A DNA stretch of 64,000 nucleotides from an uncultured delta proteobacterium (GTDB lineage Bacteria > Desulfobacterota > Syntrophia > Syntrophales > UBA5619): the NCBI GenBank assembly GCA_963817385.1, contig CAWFOM010000027.1, positions 29,962-93,961 of the forward strand, written 5' to 3'. Shown piece by piece: positions 61,037 through 64,000 of the stretch. Every line of letters starts with the position of its first letter. The first letter of the stretch is position 1. The notes below the pieces were generated by a model, which worked only from the letters and a program-made list of their open reading frames with translations, did no database searches and was not told the DNA's origin. A program made the position numbers and the translations under genes.

Positions 61037-62278
61037 TTAATGGTTCTCGCGCGCCCATTCGGGTGGTTTTCCAAACACCGGCATCCGGGTGACGATCCAT
61101 CTGAACACCCAGACCTCGGTAAATATGATCGCCAGGGTGATGACAATTTCCATCCAGGACGGGAAATATCGTTCGCTCAACGGTATCCACCATTTGTACG
61201 CGATGATGGAGATGTTAAGCCTATTGATGATAATTCCGATCATAGTAAGGATGGCGGCTATCCGGATGATCAGAATGTTTCCCTGTTTCACACCCTGGAG
61301 AAACATGATGCAGGGAATAGCTACCAGCCCGATGATCTCAGTGAGATACCAGTAACCCATGGGAGTGGTTAACTGCGACCAGTGCCATCCGTGGATGAAG
61401 ATCAGAACTTGCGCGAAGAAATAGACGAACATGGCTACCGCGCATCCCCTGCTCAAGCCGATGATGATACCGTCATAAGCTGCATGATCTTCATGGTCTA
61501 TCTGATCGCTGAAGACCCGGTGACTTATCGTTCCCTCGAATATCACCATGGAAAGTCCGGCAAAGATGCTGGAGACAAAGAACAGTACGGGGATGAACTC
61601 CGTATACCACAGGGGATGAACTCCCTTGGCCATCATGAACAGCGCCCCGAGGCCCGCCTGATGAAGAGTGGAAAGCGCAATGCCCACCACAACTGCCCCG
61701 ACGGTCAGCGAACCAAGAAATTTCCTGACTTTTCTCATACCTAGCCACTCCGCGATGGCCGGAGAGAATTCGACGAACTCGGCTAACATATAAAGCAAAA
61801 AGTGCCAGGCGATAAGGAAGAGCACGGAATTTGCCCCGAAGCTGTTTCCAAACAGCGGATTGGTAATATTCCACCAGCGACCAAGATCAAGGAAAATTGC
61901 TCCGGCATAAACATAGGCAAGGAGGCCGTTTAAGACGGTTGCCCGGATGATCGAATGGTATTTATCCGATCTCAGGACATAAACTGCGAAGGTAAGCACA
62001 TAGGCCCCGCCCGCAAAGGCAACGCCTACCATCACATCGAAGCCGATCCATATTCCCCAGGGGAATTCCTGGGAAAGGTTGGTAACGGCGCCCAGGCCCT
62101 TGACGAGCCGGTAGAGAATAAGGAGGGCGCCGAGAAGGATTATCGGGGCGGAGATAATATTGAAGGGTGTTAACATCTTTCCCCTCGGCTTCATCTCACT
62201 GAGAATGAAGGCGACAATGTCTTTAAAGGACCTTTTTTCTTCTATCGCTGTCACTGCGGTTGCTTCCACTCCGTTCAT
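61037..62278 (-). CDS. NrfD/PsrC/HybB-family membrane anchor subunit
   Basis: PWGIWIGFDV, DLGRWW, LSTLHQ.GLG, HPLW, YFPSWME. Confidence 0.9.
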   Translation of the reverse strand: MNGVEATAVTAIEEKRSFKDIVAFILSEMKPRGKMLTPFNIISAPIILLGALLILYRLVKGLGAVTNLSQEFPWGIWIGFDVMVGVAFAGGAYVLTFAVYVLRSDKYHSIIRATVLNGLLAYVYAGAIFLDLGRWWNITNPLFGNSFGANSVLFLIAWHFLLYMLAEFVEFSPAIAEWLGMRKVRKFLGSLTVGAVVVGIALSTLHQAGLGALFMMAKGVHPLWYTEFIPVLFFVSSIFAGLSMVIFEGTISHRVFSDQIDHEDHAAYDGIIIGLSRGCAVAMFVYFFAQVLIFIHGWHWSQLTTPMGYWYLTEIIGLVAIPCIMFLQGVKQGNILIIRIAAILTMIGIIINRLNISIIAYKWWIPLSERYFPSWMEIVITLAIIFTEVWVFRWIVTRMPVFGKPPEWARENH

Positions 62279-63162
62279 TTTTCTCCTCCTTCTTTTCTTC
62301 TCACGTCACCTTCCCGTTTGGTTATGGTGTTTACGCCGAGTAAAAATGCAGGCCAGAAGAACAATGGGTACGGCATAGAGGAACCCTTTACTCAACTCTG
62401 GATAAGCGGTTTTCCCCAGATCGGTCCGGAAACCGATCTGTTCGAAGGGAACCGCGGAAAGATAGAGATATCCGGTGCCGCCTACCTCGTGCTCACCGTA
62501 GATGTGGGAGACATATTTCCCCGGTTCCTTGTATATCCGGCTGTTTGCCTCTTCAAGGAGTCCCCGGCGGGAGCCGAAGGAGAGGGCCTCTCCCCGGACA
62601 GGCCTCCACACAGGCGGGCTTTTCTCCTTTTTGGAGTCTCTCCCAGCAGAGGCTGCACTTCAGGATTTTCGGAACGGCGCTGTTGTATTCGAACTTGGGT
62701 ATGTCGAAGGGACAGGAGACCATGCAGAACCTGCAGCCCATGCAGTTGTCGTCCCAGGTGACGGCTCCTTTCTCCCTTTTTTGCATCGCCTTCACCAGGC
62801 ATGCCGAGACGCAGCCCGGCTGATTGCAGTGCATGCACTGTTTCTTCGCAAAGACCTCCCCCTTGTCCGTTTTATAGCGGTTGACCACGGTCAGTTGTTT
62901 CTCCGAGGTCGGGCGGATCTTATCGAACGCCGATGTGTCGCTGATATCCGGAACCGACATCTTGTGTGCCTCGGCGCAGGCCATCTCGCAGCTTCGACAG
63001 CCGACACACCGGGTGGTGTCGACCAGCACCCCCATGAATTCCTTGGACGCGGGAACCTCCTTTGCCTCCGAGCCTGCCGGGGGATATGATACTGCTGCCC
63101 GGTGCGACCCCCGCGATACCCACTCCCAGACCCTTGAGAAATGTCCTTCGATCTATCCCCAT
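62275..63162 (-). CDS. Tat-exported 4Fe-4S protein, HybA/HmcB-like (about three frameshifts)
   Basis: IDRRTFLK, CVGCRSCEMAC, CMHCNQPGCVSAC, CMGCRFCMVSCP, IYGEHEVGGT; the corrected frame ends ATGA on the nrfD-like start. Confidence 0.82.
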
Positions 63163-63243
63163 ACGTAGTCTCCTTCTCCTCTCTTCGCGAATCGTATTGT
63201 CGCCGTCGTCCATTGCCCGCCCGGGATGGGGCGGGCTCGCCGT

Positions 63244-63438
63244 TTACTCTTTCTCCCCGGCATCGATGGGATCGCCTCCATCGGCCAGGGTGAGCCCCAG
63301 ATGGGGATCAAGGGCGAACGTCCGCTCCTTCTCCTTGCGGAGATAGAAATAGACGATGGATGTTACCGTCCCTGCAATCCACAGCAGGGGCATCAGTAAC
63401 CCGAATGCCGTGATGATGCTTAGGATCGTATACTTCAT
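63244..63438 (-). CDS. membrane micro-protein with LGLTLADGG motif (paralog 2)
   Basis: 64 aa; hydrophobic N-terminus then ALDPHLGLTLADGGDP; SD AGGAGG. Confidence 0.78.
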   Translation of the reverse strand: MKYTILSIITAFGLLMPLLWIAGTVTSIVYFYLRKEKERTFALDPHLGLTLADGGDPIDAGEKE

Positions 63439-63440
63439 GG

Positions 63441-63717
63441 CTACTTCCTCCTTTCATTCCGGATCGGCTTGCCGCCGTCGTCCCCTGGGGATCGCGGCAC
63501 CGCTTCTTTCTCTTTATCGATGGTGTCGCCGCCGTCGGCCATGGTGAGTCCCAACTGTGGGTTGAAGGCGACGGCCTGGCGGGTGGTATCCAGGGCCGCG
63601 GTTTCTCTTCTCCCTGTGGATGCAGAAATAGATGACTGATGTCACCGTGCCGATAATCCAAAACAGGGGCAACAGCAACCCTAACGCAGAGATGATAATT
63701 AGAATGGTAACTTTCAT
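63441..63717 (-). CDS. membrane micro-protein with LGLTMADGG motif (paralog 3, frameshift near 63605)
   Basis: MKVTILIIISALGLLLPLFWIIGTVTSVIYF then, in the shifted frame, AFNPQLGLTMADGGDT...ERRK stop. Confidence 0.7.
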
Positions 63718-63823
63718 GATACTTTCCTCCTCGAACTCACCCCACCGAACCTGCTGATTGTTGTTCATTCATTTTCTGTCGCTACCCCTTGCATCACGAA
63801 TTTTCCTCTTTGCCTGGTAATAA

Positions 63824-63973
63824 CCCAATAATTGTGCCAAAATAAAAAACCACGGCAATATTCCGCTGGTATTCAAAAATTATCTAATTAAATAAGATAC
63901 TTAAAATTATCGGTGAGTGCTCACTCTATGTTCCCATATGAGGCCGTCCGAAAAGTGTTATAAATATTTACAC
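63824..63973 (-). promoter_or_regulatory. putative sigma-54 promoter and enhancer palindrome
   Basis: Minus-strand TGGCACAATTATTGG (non-canonical -12); GTGTAAATATTTATAACAC at 63973-63955 is 16/19 identical to 53460-53478. Confidence 0.55.
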
Positions 63974-64000
63974 TCTCTTATCGAGAATTTGAAATGTCTG

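Noticed and set aside
61037..63162. Hydrogenase-2 operon
   Set aside because: HybA/HybB-like subunits only; no NiFe large or small subunit or maturation genes in the window.

Overview
Bacterial chromosomal window, GC-rich, most consistent with an anaerobic Desulfobacterota/Syntrophales-type organism (inferred from gene content only). It has four blocks. (1) 1-6.9 kb: a truncated 5'-nucleotidase, an MFS transporter and a ZraSR/ZraP-like sigma-54 envelope-stress module. (2) 7-30.5 kb: an organic-acid catabolic cluster of unknown substrate (two cupins, two TctAB transporters plus one TctC, two atypical decarboxylating dehydrogenases, OYE, GntR, GlcG, a variant M24 enzyme, a LeuA-like enzyme, GlcDF), then leuACDB-pyrE with a Leu-rich leader-peptide attenuator, ribF and tRNA-Leu(CAG). 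(3) 30.5-53.2 kb: a ~22.7 kb integrase-less genomic island bounded by the tRNA-Leu and a degenerate copy of its 3' half. It carries an IS3-family element, a putative sRNA beside a histone-H1-like micropeptide, a secreted Q-rich protein whose promoter copies the zraP enhancer, and a defence cluster: type I R-M, Mrr, an uncharacterised nucleotidyltransferase-like gene pair, CapH/CapP-like regulators divergent from a Ubl-E2-JAB-E1 (type II Bil-like) operon, and an AbiE-like pair. (4) 53.3-64 kb: a sigma-54 redox-signalling locus with a haem-c sensor kinase, an NtrC-type regulator, archaemetzincin, HybA/NrfD-like subunits, three GcvH-like domains lacking the lipoylation motif (one fused to a histidine kinase) and three membrane micro-proteins. 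All six of these last proteins share a [LIV]Gx[TV][MLS][AQ]DGG motif, the best candidate here for an undescribed system. Many genes beyond 33 kb carry single-base frameshifts, probably sequencing errors.
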